Shown here: piece after piece, positions 21,700 to 30,010 of the stretch | Position numbering within the stretch: position 1 is the first letter of the stretch | Layout of the letters: the number at the start of each line of letters is the position of its first letter | IMG/VR virus record: IMGVR_UViG_2740892423_000027 | Reading direction: 5' to 3' (one strand) | DNA from: a virus | Taxonomy: Duplodnaviria; Heunggongvirae; Uroviricota; Caudoviricetes | Length of the DNA stretch: 44,568 bases | The notes under the pieces: model-generated | What the model saw: the letters and a program-made list of their open reading frames with translations, nothing else | Told to the model about the DNA's origin: nothing | Databases searched by the model: none | Translations under genes and position numbers: made by a program

Positions 21700-23076
21700 T
21701 CATACGTCAGCCCCTTGTGCATATCGTCTGCCACGTGCAGCAGGTGCATTTGATGTTGTGCAAATCTGTCTGGCTTCATCCTGGTCACATGCAACAAAGT
21801 GTCCGTTGCAGAACCGCTGGTAAACCGTACCAAGCGAGCCAAAACGGTTTTTCGTCACGATGATTTCAGCAAATGGCGCGGCGCTACTGTTCTCGTCATA
21901 TACCGCTTCCCGATAGAGCATGATGATTGAGTCTGCGTCCTGTTCAATGCTTCCAGAATCACGCAAATCTGCGTTTGTCGGGCGTTTGTTTGGTCGCTTC
22001 TCAACATCGCGCGAAAGCTGACTCAGGGAGATAACAGGCGTTTTCAGGTCTTTCGCCATCGCCTTCAGGCTTCCGGAGATGTGAGCAATTGCGAGGTCGT
22101 TGCGGTCTGCTTTCGGCTTCTCAATCAGGCCAAGATAATCCGCCATGATGAGTGACAGATTTGGATTTTCCTGTTTGTGCCGTTCTGCGATTGAGCGTAT
22201 TTCTTCGACCGATAACCGCGAGGCATCGACAACCCATACATCCAAATCTGCAAGCTGACTCATGCCGTTAGCAACACGTGCCCAGCCTTCGTCATCCATC
22301 GCTGCAGGATTTCGCAGCACACTAACCGACATCCTCCCGGCGTTGGCAATGCTTCGCTCTGCAATCTGCAATGCGCTCATTTCCATTGAGAAAATCAATA
22401 CCCCGCGCCGGACGTCAGAACCAGGAATAACGCGGCTTGCAACGCCTTCGGCAATCTTCAGCGCCAGTTCGGTTTTCCCCATACCAGGACGAGCAGCGAT
22501 TATCACAAGGTCTTCTGCGTTCATCCCTCCGGTGATGGCGTCAAGTTCTTCGATTCCGGTCTTCAGGGTATCTGACTCTTCTCCGTTCCTCAGACGCCTG
22601 TCAAGCGTGTCGGTGTAGTCAGTGATGATTTCCCCTAACCGTACAGGTTTAACCTCGTCACGGGGCTTTCTGATGGCTGAAAGACGCTTTACAAGCTCGT
22701 CCATCGCCTGACTCGATGTATCGATGGTTCCGCTCTGAATTGGTTCACGCATTTCATCCATGATTTCCAGCACCAGACGGCGGTGATAGTTATCCGCGAC
22801 CATTCCGGCATATCCCTTCAGGTTTGCGGCGCTCGGGCAGTTTTTGCTGGTCATCAGGATTGAGGTGAAATGCTCCTCTCCGCACGCCTCGGCAACCATC
22901 AGCGCGTCGATTAGGTTTCTGTTTCTCGCCTGCTTGCGGATAACCTCGAAGGCTTTCCGGTAGAGCGGAATTGAAAACGCTTCCGGCTCCAGCGTTGCCA
23001 GAACGTCGCTGGCGGTTGGAGTTAATCCACCAATCAGCAGGCCACCGATAACGCTCGCTTCGATATCCTGTCTCAT
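21700..23076 (-). CDS. Replicative DNA helicase, DnaB family
   Basis: 458 aa; Walker [13 protein letters not shown] and RecA-like C-terminal domain; overlaps O-like gene stop (ATGA). Confidence 0.85.
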   Translation of the reverse strand: MRQDIEASVIGGLLIGGLTPTASDVLATLEPEAFSIPLYRKAFEVIRKQARNRNLIDALMVAEACGEEHFTSILMTSKNCPSAANLKGYAGMVADNYHRRLVLEIMDEMREPIQSGTIDTSSQAMDELVKRLSAIRKPRDEVKPVRLGEIITDYTDTLDRRLRNGEESDTLKTGIEELDAITGGMNAEDLVIIAARPGMGKTELALKIAEGVASRVIPGSDVRRGVLIFSMEMSALQIAERSIANAGRMSVSVLRNPAAMDDEGWARVANGMSQLADLDVWVVDASRLSVEEIRSIAERHKQENPNLSLIMADYLGLIEKPKADRNDLAIAHISGSLKAMAKDLKTPVISLSQLSRDVEKRPNKRPTNADLRDSGSIEQDADSIIMLYREAVYDENSSAAPFAEIIVTKNRFGSLGTVYQRFCNGHFVACDQDEARQICTTSNAPAARGRRYAQGADV

Positions 23077-24020
23077 GCTATCCCCCTGTCTGCAAACTTC
23101 CCCTCCCGTACTCCCGTTAACGAATCTTCCCTCAACAGGTAATCAAAATCAGCTATCCAGCCCGTGTCGTTGTCTCCGAAGTAAAACGGCTTGGCCTGAT
23201 GCACAAACGCCCTGACATACGCTCTGAAACCGTCCACGTTTGGCGTTTTCAGTTGCGGGATGATTTTCTTCAGGCGGCGTTTGCGTTTCTCGTTGACCGC
23301 AACAGCGTGTGGAAGTCTGTCACCGACTTCGGTGTTGTAGGCGTTCAGGAAGGATTCGTAGTCGATTCGTTCTGCCTTTCGACGTTCAGGTTTAACCTGC
23401 CCATCACCTCCCCCATTGGGGGGTAGGGGGGTATTATTTATATTCTTGTTAATACCTTCTTGTTCATGATGTGCGGTTGTTTGTGCGGCTTCATGTGCGC
23501 TTTCATGTGCGGCATGCACTCTGAAAGCCGCGCCATTGCTGGCTTCGTCATGTGCGGCATCATGTGCGGTTGTTTGTGCGGCTTCATGTGCGGGTGAATC
23601 GTCCATTTTTTGAGCATATTCATGGTAATTTGTGATGGTAATCACACGACCTTTTTGCTTCTCTCCATCAATGGTGATCATCCCCTCTTTCACAAAAACC
23701 TGAAGCATCCGCTCAACCTGATCACGGCTTGCTGGCTTGCCATGCCTGTCGCATAACTGAAGACCTAAATCAGCTGCTGTCACAACCAGTTGACCGGGTT
23801 GCAGATGCCATTCATGACCTTTGAAATTCGCTTTGTATGGCTTTCTGGCGGCATTCAGGAGAAGGTTTTCCCACAGGGTGCGAAGATAAACATCTTTCGC
23901 CCATGACTGTTTCAGAATGCTCCGGTACAACGGAATGTAACCAGTTTTCTGGTTCTCCATCCTGTTGCTCCTGCGCTCGTGTGCGGCGCTGAAATCGTAG
24001 ATTTTTGCTGTATTGCTCAT
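23073..24020 (-). CDS. Replication initiator, lambda O-like, with internal iteron-encoded repeat
   Basis: N-terminus [10 protein letters not shown] parallels lambda O MTNTAKILNF; central repeated HEAAQTTAH peptide encoded by DNA iterons; coupled to helicase gene. Confidence 0.7.
   Translation of the reverse strand: MSNTAKIYDFSAAHERRSNRMENQKTGYIPLYRSILKQSWAKDVYLRTLWENLLLNAARKPYKANFKGHEWHLQPGQLVVTAADLGLQLCDRHGKPASRDQVERMLQVFVKEGMITIDGEKQKGRVITITNYHEYAQKMDDSPAHEAAQTTAHDAAHDEASNGAAFRVHAAHESAHEAAQTTAHHEQEGINKNINNTPLPPNGGGDGQVKPERRKAERIDYESFLNAYNTEVGDRLPHAVAVNEKRKRRLKKIIPQLKTPNVDGFRAYVRAFVHQAKPFYFGDNDTGWIADFDYLLREDSLTGVREGKFADRGIA
23465..23593. repeat. Iteron cluster: about 8 direct copies of (C/T)ATGTGCGG inside O-like gene (candidate replication origin)
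   Basis: Copies near 23468, 23483, 23493, 23505, 23549, 23562, 23575 and 23585; two longer units catgatgtgcggttgtttgtgcggcttcatgtgcg and catcatgtgcggttgtttgtgcggcttcatgtgcg. Confidence 0.6.
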
Positions 24021-24066
24021 AACTACCTGCCTTGACGAAAGACCTTAAGAACATCGTTAAACTGAC

Positions 24067-24294
24067 TTACGGATATGTCTTCTTTGAGAAGCTTTTCCAG
24101 AAATGCGTTTGGAATGAACGTATATCCCTCCCTTTTGGTAGAGACGGGAGCAACGCCCTCGCCTCAGCCTTCAGAAGCTCAGTTCTGGCAACTTTCACAA
24201 AAGAGATTTGAGTTCTTTCATCAATGGAACGAAGGAAGCGCAAACGCTTAGCTTCTTTGTGTGTATCAGGTGGATTAAAGCCTTTGTTTCGCAT
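24067..24294 (-). CDS. Possible small ORF between cII and O-like gene (doubtful)
   Basis: 75-aa frame from internal ATG of a longer ORF that otherwise overlaps cII; no recognisable product. Confidence 0.15.
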   Translation of the reverse strand: MRNKGFNPPDTHKEAKRLRFLRSIDERTQISFVKVARTELLKAEARALLPSLPKGRDIRSFQTHFWKSFSKKTYP

Positions 24295-24316
24295 ATAATT
24301 ACCTCGTTGGATGTTA

Positions 24317-24616
24317 TTAAAATTCCATCTGGATTTGTTCAGAACGCTCGGTCTTGCACACCGGGCGTTTTTTCTTTGTGATTTCAGCAAGCGCATACTT
24401 AAAAGCCCTACTAATCGGACTGATGTCTGATGCCATTCCGAAAGCACACAAGACTGAAGCAATAAATCTCCAGTCCGTTCTGCTTATCTTCGATTCATGA
24501 CAGCCAATCATCTTTGCCAGACCGCGCTGGGTAAGCGTTGACAGGTTGATGAGTAAATCTGTTTCTGCGCGATCAACATCGCGCTGTGATAGTTTGCTGT
24601 AACTTGTTCTTTCCAT
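24317..24616 (-). CDS. cII: CII transcriptional activator
   Basis: 99 aa; C-terminus KKKRPVCKTERSEQIQMEF matches lambda CII tail (TNKKRPAATERSEQIQMEF); HTH segment ESKISRTDW parallels lambda KSQISRWKRDW. Confidence 0.8.
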   Translation of the reverse strand: MERTSYSKLSQRDVDRAETDLLINLSTLTQRGLAKMIGCHESKISRTDWRFIASVLCAFGMASDISPISRAFKYALAEITKKKRPVCKTERSEQIQMEF

Positions 24617-24701
24617 TTCTTAAGATTTCCAATAGTGAATAGTTAGTTGAAAGGTATGCGTGGAAACGCATATGGCCTTAGTTGGTCAGATATCTTGGGG
24701 C

Positions 24702-24748
24702 TCGCTTTTCAGCGACGTAGGACGAATGTCCATTGTTACAAAGAGCGG
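24702..24748 (-). promoter_or_regulatory. nutR-like site (boxA-like CGCTCTTTG and boxB-like hairpin TCGCT-GAAA-AGCGA on minus-strand transcript)
   Basis: Minus-strand boxA-like at 24736-24747 and stem-loop at 24702-24715, between cro stop and cII. Confidence 0.4.
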
Positions 24749-24754
24749 GGTTAC

Positions 24755-24982
24755 TTATGCAGCCAGAAGGTTCTTTTTGCTTATTTCAAGCATTTCGCTT
24801 GCTTGATATTTGCCACCAGAAATCTCTTCGATTTTTGATGCGTATTTAGTTTTCCCAAAAAACTCAGTCTTAGGGAGGAAGCCGTTTTTGAGCCACTTAT
24901 AGACAGCCCTTTCGCTAACTCCACAAGCCTTCGCAACTTCAGGGATGCCGACACCTTTAATCGGCTCATCAAGATTTTGCAT
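24755..24982 (-). CDS. cro: Cro-like repressor (HTH)
   Basis: 75-aa ORF divergent from cI; HTH-like segment VAKACGVSERAVYKWLKNG; canonical position. Confidence 0.6.
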   Translation of the reverse strand: MQNLDEPIKGVGIPEVAKACGVSERAVYKWLKNGFLPKTEFFGKTKYASKIEEISGGKYQASEMLEISKKNLLAA

Positions 24983-25061
24983 AGGAATATCCTTTTTTCG
25001 TACTTTCAGTACGCATTATGGTTGAACTGAAAGTTTTTGCAAGTGCTTTAGTATCGTACTC
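24983..25061. promoter_or_regulatory. OR-like operator/promoter region between divergent cro and cI
   Basis: Three related repeats sharing ACTTTCAGT/ACTGAAAGT or CGTACT: CGTACTTTCAGTACG (24999-25013), TGAACTGAAAGTT (25023-25035), TATCGTACTC (about 25050-25061). Confidence 0.6.
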
Positions 25062-25769
25062 ATGGTTCAGAATGAAAAAGTGCGCAAAGAATTCGCCCAG
25101 CGGCTAGCGCAAGCCTGTAAAGAAGCTGGTCTTGATGAACATGGTAGGGGGATGGCCATAGCCCGTGCCCTTTCTCTTTCGTCCAAAGGCGTTAGCAAAT
25201 GGTTTAATGCTGAGTCTTTACCGCGCCAGGAAAAAATGAATGCGCTTGCGAAATTTCTAAACGTTGATGTTGTTTGGCTTCAGCACGGCACTTCGTTAAA
25301 TGGAGCGAATGATGAAGATACTCTTTCATTTGTTGGCAAATTAAAAAAAGGGTTAGTGCGCGTGGTTGGTGAGGCAATTCTTGGTGTTGATGGTGCCATC
25401 GAGATGACCGAAGAGCGCGATGGGTGGCTCAAAATTTATAGCGATGATCCAGATGCCTTTGGTCTTCGTGTGAAAGGAGACAGCATGTGGCCCAGAATAA
25501 AATCAGGAGAATATGTACTCATTGAGCCTAACACCAAAGTATTCCCGGGTGATGAGGTGTTTGTCAGAACCGTTGAAGGACACAACATGATTAAGGTTCT
25601 TGGCTATGACAGAGATGGAGAATACCAATTTACAAGCATTAACCAGGACCACAGGCCAATAACGTTGCCTTATCATCAAGTAGCAAAGGTGGAGTATGTG
25701 GCTGGTATTCTGAAGCAATCTCGCCATCTGGATGACATCGAGGCAAGGGAGTGGCTGAAAAATTCGTGA
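25062..25769 (+). CDS. cI: CI-type repressor with LexA-like S24 autopeptidase domain
   Basis: 235 aa; N-terminal HTH region; C-terminal GDSMWP catalytic-serine motif of S24 peptidases; divergent from cro. Confidence 0.85.
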   Translation: MVQNEKVRKEFAQRLAQACKEAGLDEHGRGMAIARALSLSSKGVSKWFNAESLPRQEKMNALAKFLNVDVVWLQHGTSLNGANDEDTLSFVGKLKKGLVRVVGEAILGVDGAIEMTEERDGWLKIYSDDPDAFGLRVKGDSMWPRIKSGEYVLIEPNTKVFPGDEVFVRTVEGHNMIKVLGYDRDGEYQFTSINQDHRPITLPYHQVAKVEYVAGILKQSRHLDDIEAREWLKNS

Positions 25770-25892
25770 CTTCATCGTCACATAGCTGGTAGCCAGTGGC
25801 CTGAAGAGACGTTTGGGTAATTCCAATTGTGATTAATAAAAAACCGATAGTGCAACATGTTATTGTAAATTGTTGATATAGCAAGGTATCAC

Positions 25893-26795
25893 ATGAGCCA
25901 AAATCTTGATTCAACACTAGAAACATACATTTCTTGGCAGTTAGAGCAATTTAAAAATAACTTTTTCCCAAGCTGCGACGTCATAGCGTACTACGGTGGT
26001 ATCTTTCCATGGTCAAAAGAAGTTTACCAACCAAAACTTGAGGCTATTGGGGAGATGGCTAACAGTCGTACCAATAGATTTCTAGTTATTATACTCAATA
26101 CAAATGGTGGCTCTGTTGAGTCTGTGGAAAAAATGGTAGAAATTACAAGGCATTTCTATCAAGAGGTATATTTTATCATTCCAGATATGGCCATGTCGGC
26201 AGGCACAATATGGTGTATGTCTGGAGATAAAATTTACATGAACTATGCTTCTTCATTAGGCCCCATTGACCCTCAAGTGCAATCCTCTGACGGTAAATGG
26301 GTTCCTGCTTTGGGATACCTTGATAAAGTTGAAGAAATGATTACTAAATCCAGAGAAGGAACCATTACCCAAGCTGAACTAATGATGCTTAGTCAGTTAG
26401 ATCTTGCGCACTTAAGGAGATACGAGCAAGCCAGAGAGCTATCAATAGACTTGCTTAAGAAGTGGCTTGTAGAGTATAAATTCAGAGAGTGGACGGTTCA
26501 TCAAGGTAACACAAAACGAGGAAAGCTAGTTTCCAAGAGGGAAAAAGAAGCAAGAGCTAAAATGATCGCTACCGCTCTTAGTGACAACGGAAAGTGGCAT
26601 TCTCACGGAAGAACGATAGGAATAAATACTCTTATCAATGACTTAAGAATTAAAGTAGAAGACTTTACATACGACAAAGATTTTAGCATGGCGTTAAAAA
26701 ATCTGCACAACGTCATTAATGAATACATGTATAAGACAAATCGACAGGTTCTTGTTCTGTCTTCATTCCCCTTCTCAGAACAAAGTGAGTCATAA
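25893..26795 (+). CDS. ClpP/S49-clan serine protease-like protein (rex-position cargo)
   Basis: 300 aa; LNTNGGSVESVEKMVEITRHF...IIPDMAMSAGTIW aligns with the ClpP/SppA NSPGG...AASMG catalytic-Ser region; AT-rich relative to flanks; immediately downstream of cI. Confidence 0.55.
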   Translation: MSQNLDSTLETYISWQLEQFKNNFFPSCDVIAYYGGIFPWSKEVYQPKLEAIGEMANSRTNRFLVIILNTNGGSVESVEKMVEITRHFYQEVYFIIPDMAMSAGTIWCMSGDKIYMNYASSLGPIDPQVQSSDGKWVPALGYLDKVEEMITKSREGTITQAELMMLSQLDLAHLRRYEQARELSIDLLKKWLVEYKFREWTVHQGNTKRGKLVSKREKEARAKMIATALSDNGKWHSHGRTIGINTLINDLRIKVEDFTYDKDFSMALKNLHNVINEYMYKTNRQVLVLSSFPFSEQSES

Positions 26796-26966
26796 ATGAG
26801 CAAAGACAAATCACTGACACAGCAAGTGGCAGAAATACTTAGCAAGCAAAAAGTTAGCGAGCAAGGTAAAATGATTCAATCATTAAAGAACAACGGATTG
26901 ATCAACAAGCCTGTTTTTACTTTGGCTTATGGACCTGATACTACAGTCTGCCAAATGCACCAATAA
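26796..26966 (+). CDS. Small ORF coupled to protease gene (hypothetical, 56 aa)
   Basis: ATG at 26796 directly after protease stop; product MSKDKSLTQQVAEILSKQKVSEQGKMIQSLKNNGLINKPVFTLAYGPDTTVCQMHQ; followed by terminator. Confidence 0.35.
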   Translation: MSKDKSLTQQVAEILSKQKVSEQGKMIQSLKNNGLINKPVFTLAYGPDTTVCQMHQ

Positions 26967-26976
26967 CAAAACCCCA

Positions 26977-27002
26977 CCCGGCCTCAGCGCCGGGTTTTCT
27001 TT
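26977..27002 (+). terminator. Rho-independent terminator after cI-protease cassette
   Basis: CCCGGC-CTCAGC-GCCGGG hairpin followed by TTTTCTTT. Confidence 0.7.
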
Positions 27003-27172
27003 GCCTCACGATCGCCCTCCCATATTTAATAGCCGCAAATGTGGTAAACCGCGAACCAACTCACCAGCAATACCCCCTCCAACTACAGACCAATCTGCAG
27101 CATTTACAAAAATAAATTTCCTTATATATCAAAATTATATCTCGTTGCATTAATAAATCACAAAATTTTCGT

Positions 27173-27205
27173 ACCAATAGTTCTTGATAATGTCGAACTA
27201 TTGGT
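27173..27205. promoter_or_regulatory. OL/pL-region inverted repeat ACCAATAGTTC..GAACTATTGGT
   Basis: 11-bp perfect arms with 11-bp spacer; overlaps a TTGATA -35-like hexamer; upstream of nutL and N. Confidence 0.45.
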
Positions 27206-27257
27206 TCAATATTGTCACATCAGCAGGACGCTGGAAGCCAAACGGAACAGACTGGCA

Positions 27258-27285
27258 GGCTCTTTAAACAACGTCGAACACTCGA
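27258..27285 (+). promoter_or_regulatory. nutL-like site (boxA GCTCTTTAA + boxB hairpin GTCGA-ACAC-TCGAC)
   Basis: boxA-like at 27258-27266, 5-bp stem hairpin at 27272-27285, about 120 nt upstream of N. Confidence 0.5.
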
Positions 27286-27402
27286 CTACGTGGCTGAAAA
27301 GCCAGATCACCCAACCACATAAGCTGTGGGATGCAATGCCGAAGCAACCGTCTCAGGAGGGGCTTCGAGATTGCATCGCCAAAGTTTATTCGGGAGGAAT
27401 CC

Positions 27403-27675
27403 ATGTCCAGAAAAACAGAATTTAAAGGCACCGCAGCTTCTCGCCGTAGAGCTCGTCGCGCAAATTTGCAAAGTCAGGAGGCGATCAGCTCCGACAAGCT
27501 ACACAGGCCAACCCCTTCACGAGTGGTCTTGCAATGCAAGCGCAAACCAGCAATGAGAGCAGAAGTGATAACTCTGACAACGTTGACCAGAAAATATGAA
27601 GGTTCAACTTGTCTTCCAAATGTAGCTCTTTACGCGGCAGGCTACAGGAAATCAAAACAACTGACAGCAAGGTGA
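27403..27675 (+). CDS. N: N-type antiterminator (arginine-rich motif protein)
   Basis: ATG at 27403 after GGGAGGA; N-terminal arginine-rich motif TAASRRRARRA; first gene of early-left operon downstream of nutL. Confidence 0.65.
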   Translation: MSRKTEFKGTAASRRRARRANLQSQEAISSDKLHRPTPSRVVLQCKRKPAMRAEVITLTTLTRKYEGSTCLPNVALYAAGYRKSKQLTAR

Positions 27676-27733
27676 CTTGTGTTGGTCGCCAGAAAACGAA
27701 GGGCAAATCCATCGCATTAATCTGAGGTGGCCC

Positions 27734-27898
27734 ATGAAGAACAGCATCAAGTGCCCGGTATGCGGTCGTGACTTCGATCCACGCACTCCGGTCTGCCACA
27801 TCAGCAAGTATCACCAGTCAGCGAAGAACTGCGAGCTGGAGAAGATACGCGATGCCCGGCGGCAATATTTCAAAGTAACAGCGAGTGAGGTTCGGTGA
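27734..27898 (+). CDS. Small zinc-ribbon protein (hypothetical)
   Basis: ATG at 27734; MKNSIKCPVCGRDFDPRTPVCHISKYH contains CxxC...C..H. Confidence 0.4.
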   Translation: MKNSIKCPVCGRDFDPRTPVCHISKYHQSAKNCELEKIRDARRQYFKVTASEVR

Positions 27899-28236
27899 TG
27901 GAAAATAAAACGGCTAACGGGATGTACGTACTGCGTGGTGAGCTGAAAAAGGGACTGATAGCGGAGCTGGTAAAGGCATACGACCAGCTGACTCAGGAGT
28001 CAGAAAAATTAAAGATCCTCGGACTCAGGTATAACACCCCTCGACGCATTGTTTATGGCTTTATGTATGAGGTTGCAGCATTAACCGTCAAGGAAATTAT
28101 GTTTAAAACTGAGGGTGGCTTTTACATCCCACAGGATGACTTCGAATCGAGCGACGATATCGATTCATTAGCCAAAGAGATCATCGATGTAATTGACTGT
28201 AATGGCGCATTCCTTGAGCGCCTTCTTAAGGAGTAG
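27898..28236 (+). CDS. Hypothetical early-left protein
   Basis: ATG at 27898 overlapping upstream stop; 112 aa; not recognised. Confidence 0.4.
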   Translation: MENKTANGMYVLRGELKKGLIAELVKAYDQLTQESEKLKILGLRYNTPRRIVYGFMYEVAALTVKEIMFKTEGGFYIPQDDFESSDDIDSLAKEIIDVIDCNGAFLERLLKE

Positions 28237-28238
28237 CA

Positions 28239-28397
28239 ATGAAAAAACTGTATGAAAAACTCCCGGTCGTAGTGCAGGGGGTCATTTTGGGTCTGCTTAT
28301 CACTGCGGCCATTCTTCTTATCAATGCGGCCATTCTTCTGTCTACCCCGCCAGTCGTCATGTTTCTTCGTTGGTGGTTCAGAGTTTGGGGTGTCTGA
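28239..28397 (+). CDS. Small hydrophobic membrane protein (52 aa)
   Basis: Manually translated MKKLYEKLPVVVQGVILGLLITAAILLINAAILLSTPPVVMFLRWWFRVWGV; ATG 3 nt after upstream stop. Confidence 0.35.
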   Translation: MKKLYEKLPVVVQGVILGLLITAAILLINAAILLSTPPVVMFLRWWFRVWGV

Positions 28398-28472
28398 TCG
28401 GCGCAAGCATTACGCACAGAACGAATCGAGCGGGTCGAGTGGCCTGCGGTGAATAAACAAAGGGGTGAGGGT

Positions 28473-28715
28473 ATGGAAAATTTGGACAATGAACTGAAAA
28501 GAGTAGTACAGGAACTGGCCAATGAAGAAGGCATCAGTTTTGCCGATGCCGTGGACGTTTCGATTAAGACGCTTCGTTACGAAATTCAGCACAGAAAGTC
28601 TTTTAATGGGTCGCCTGACCCCGATGGAGGCGCATCAGGAGTAGAGGTACGCCGACCAAATATCGAAGCGGCAAACAAAAATCGCTGGGGTTTGACGATT
28701 GGTGTAACTGGATAG
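28473..28715 (+). CDS. Hypothetical small acidic protein
   Basis: ATG at 28473 with AAAGGGGTGAGGG upstream; 80 aa. Confidence 0.35.
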   Translation: MENLDNELKRVVQELANEEGISFADAVDVSIKTLRYEIQHRKSFNGSPDPDGGASGVEVRRPNIEAANKNRWGLTIGVTG

Positions 28716-28794
28716 ATACGTAACTTGGTGGGATAAATAACAGGTAACTTAAGCGTATTTACTTTCGCAGCAAACCACTTATTTGAGGTGATAT

Positions 28795-29244
28795 ATGGAA
28801 GAACAAGCAAACAAGATTCTCGTAGAACTACTGAAAAAAGCCAGTAATGGAATAGACGCGGCTGTTTCATTTAGCCAGGCACATATTCCTGATGTTGTTC
28901 ATCAGTTGCTGCTATGGAATATGGTTGACAGTCTGATTAAAACATTAATTGCCATTCTAACAATCCCACTGGTTTTCTGGTTTATGAAGAAGCAGTGCCA
29001 AAGAGTTGAGACAGGTAAAATCGGTGATGAAGGATACTCATGGGAGAGGGGAAATCCCAAATACAGGCCGACAATGGTTTGGGATAGCAAAGGAGATATT
29101 AACCTTCTTATCATGCCATTGGTTGGAGTTTTGGCTCTGTGGGGGGTTTTTATTATTGGTGTAGTAACCAATATGACTTGGTTAAAAATTTGGCTGGCCC
29201 CAAAGCTTTACCTTATCGAATATGCAGCATCATTGGTTAAGTAA
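28795..29244 (+). CDS. Membrane protein, two predicted TM helices (superinfection-exclusion candidate)
   Basis: 149 aa, AT-rich; hydrophobic segments LIKTLIAILTIPLVFWFM and LLIMPLVGVLALWGVFIIGVV; occupies the sieB region of the early-left operon. Confidence 0.45.
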   Translation: MEEQANKILVELLKKASNGIDAAVSFSQAHIPDVVHQLLLWNMVDSLIKTLIAILTIPLVFWFMKKQCQRVETGKIGDEGYSWERGNPKYRPTMVWDSKGDINLLIMPLVGVLALWGVFIIGVVTNMTWLKIWLAPKLYLIEYAASLVK

Positions 29245-29248
29245 TTTC

Positions 29249-29275
29249 AGGCCGCATAGTCGGCCTTTATTTTTG
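29249..29275 (+). terminator. Rho-independent terminator-like hairpin
   Basis: AGGCCG-CATAGT-CGGCCT followed by TTATTTTTGG. Confidence 0.55.
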
Positions 29276-29484
29276 GCATAAACAACAGAATAAACACTGC
29301 ACTGTGTATTCATTCCAACGAGTGAATACACGGAGCAATGTCGCTCGTAACTAAACAGGAGCCGACTTGTTCTGATTATTGGAAATCTTCTTTGCCCTCC
29401 AATGTGAGGGCCTTTTTATATGCATACCAATAACGCTTCACTCGAGGCGTTTTTCGTTATGCAATCAAATATAAGGAGTTACCC

Positions 29485-29619
29485 ATGATGCACTTTCAGC
29501 TCGCGGGTAGCGGCGTCATGTCCGCTTTCTACCCGCACGAATCTGAATTATCACGCCGAGTTAAACAATTAATCAGAGCAGCAAAGAAACAACTGGAGGC
29601 GTTATGCGCAATGAAATAG
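29485..29619 (+). CDS. CIII-like protein (FtsH-inhibitor family, 44 aa)
   Basis: Manually translated MMHFQLAGSGVMSAFYPHESELSRRVKQLIRAAKKQLEALCAMK; central ESELSRRVKQLIR resembles lambda CIII ESLLERITRKLR; position N-proximal to kil-like gene. Confidence 0.45.
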   Translation: MMHFQLAGSGVMSAFYPHESELSRRVKQLIRAAKKQLEALCAMK

Positions 29620-29756
29620 CCATTAATCACCAGATGCTTCGTGCGGCACAAAACAAAGCAGTAATAGCCAGATTTATTGGTGATTCCAAAATGTGGCTTG
29701 AAGCAAATAAAGCGATGAAATCAGCTATCAACCTTCCATGGTATCGCAGGAAATGA
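29604..29756 (+). CDS. Kil-like small protein (50 aa)
   Basis: Manually translated MRNEIAINHQMLRAAQNKAVIARFIGDSKMWLEANKAMKSAINLPWYRRK; FIGD.KM segment and position after cIII-like gene recall lambda Kil. Confidence 0.35.
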   Translation: MRNEIAINHQMLRAAQNKAVIARFIGDSKMWLEANKAMKSAINLPWYRRK

Positions 29757-29831
29757 GTTTTACAGATAACTGGTCAGACGAAGAATTCATTCGTCAGATG
29801 AAAGAATTAATCGGTAACGAAGGAGATATTC

Positions 29832-30002
29832 ATGTCACTTGCAACCACAGTGAAGGAGAGCAAGTTACAGAGACGCATGTACACGCAGAAAGCTCTCTGG
29901 TATCGCCATAATGGCGACCGCGAAGGAATGCGGGTATGCCTTAATTTGTCCCGAGTCGAAGTATTAAATCAGCGTTATTTCCTTGGGCCGTGTCCATTCT
30001 GA
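29832..30002 (+). CDS. Hypothetical small protein (56 aa)
   Basis: ATG at 29832 with AAGGAG 8 nt upstream; ends 8 nt before Rad52-like gene; an overlapping alternative ORF 29753-29911 exists. Confidence 0.3.
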   Translation: MSLATTVKESKLQRRMYTQKALWYRHNGDREGMRVCLNLSRVEVLNQRYFLGPCPF

Positions 30003-30010
30003 GGTGAATT

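Noticed and set aside
23438-23623. 61-aa ORF with [10 protein letters not shown] histidine repeats; possible CRISPR-like array
   Set aside because: Alternative-frame reading of the iterons inside the O-like gene; repeats are about 9-12 bp, contiguous and irregular, with no spacer structure and no cas genes.
24067-24462. 131-aa ORF overlapping the 3' half of cII
   Set aside because: The long frame overlaps the well-supported cII gene; only the downstream 75-codon part could be real and is kept as a very low-confidence feature.
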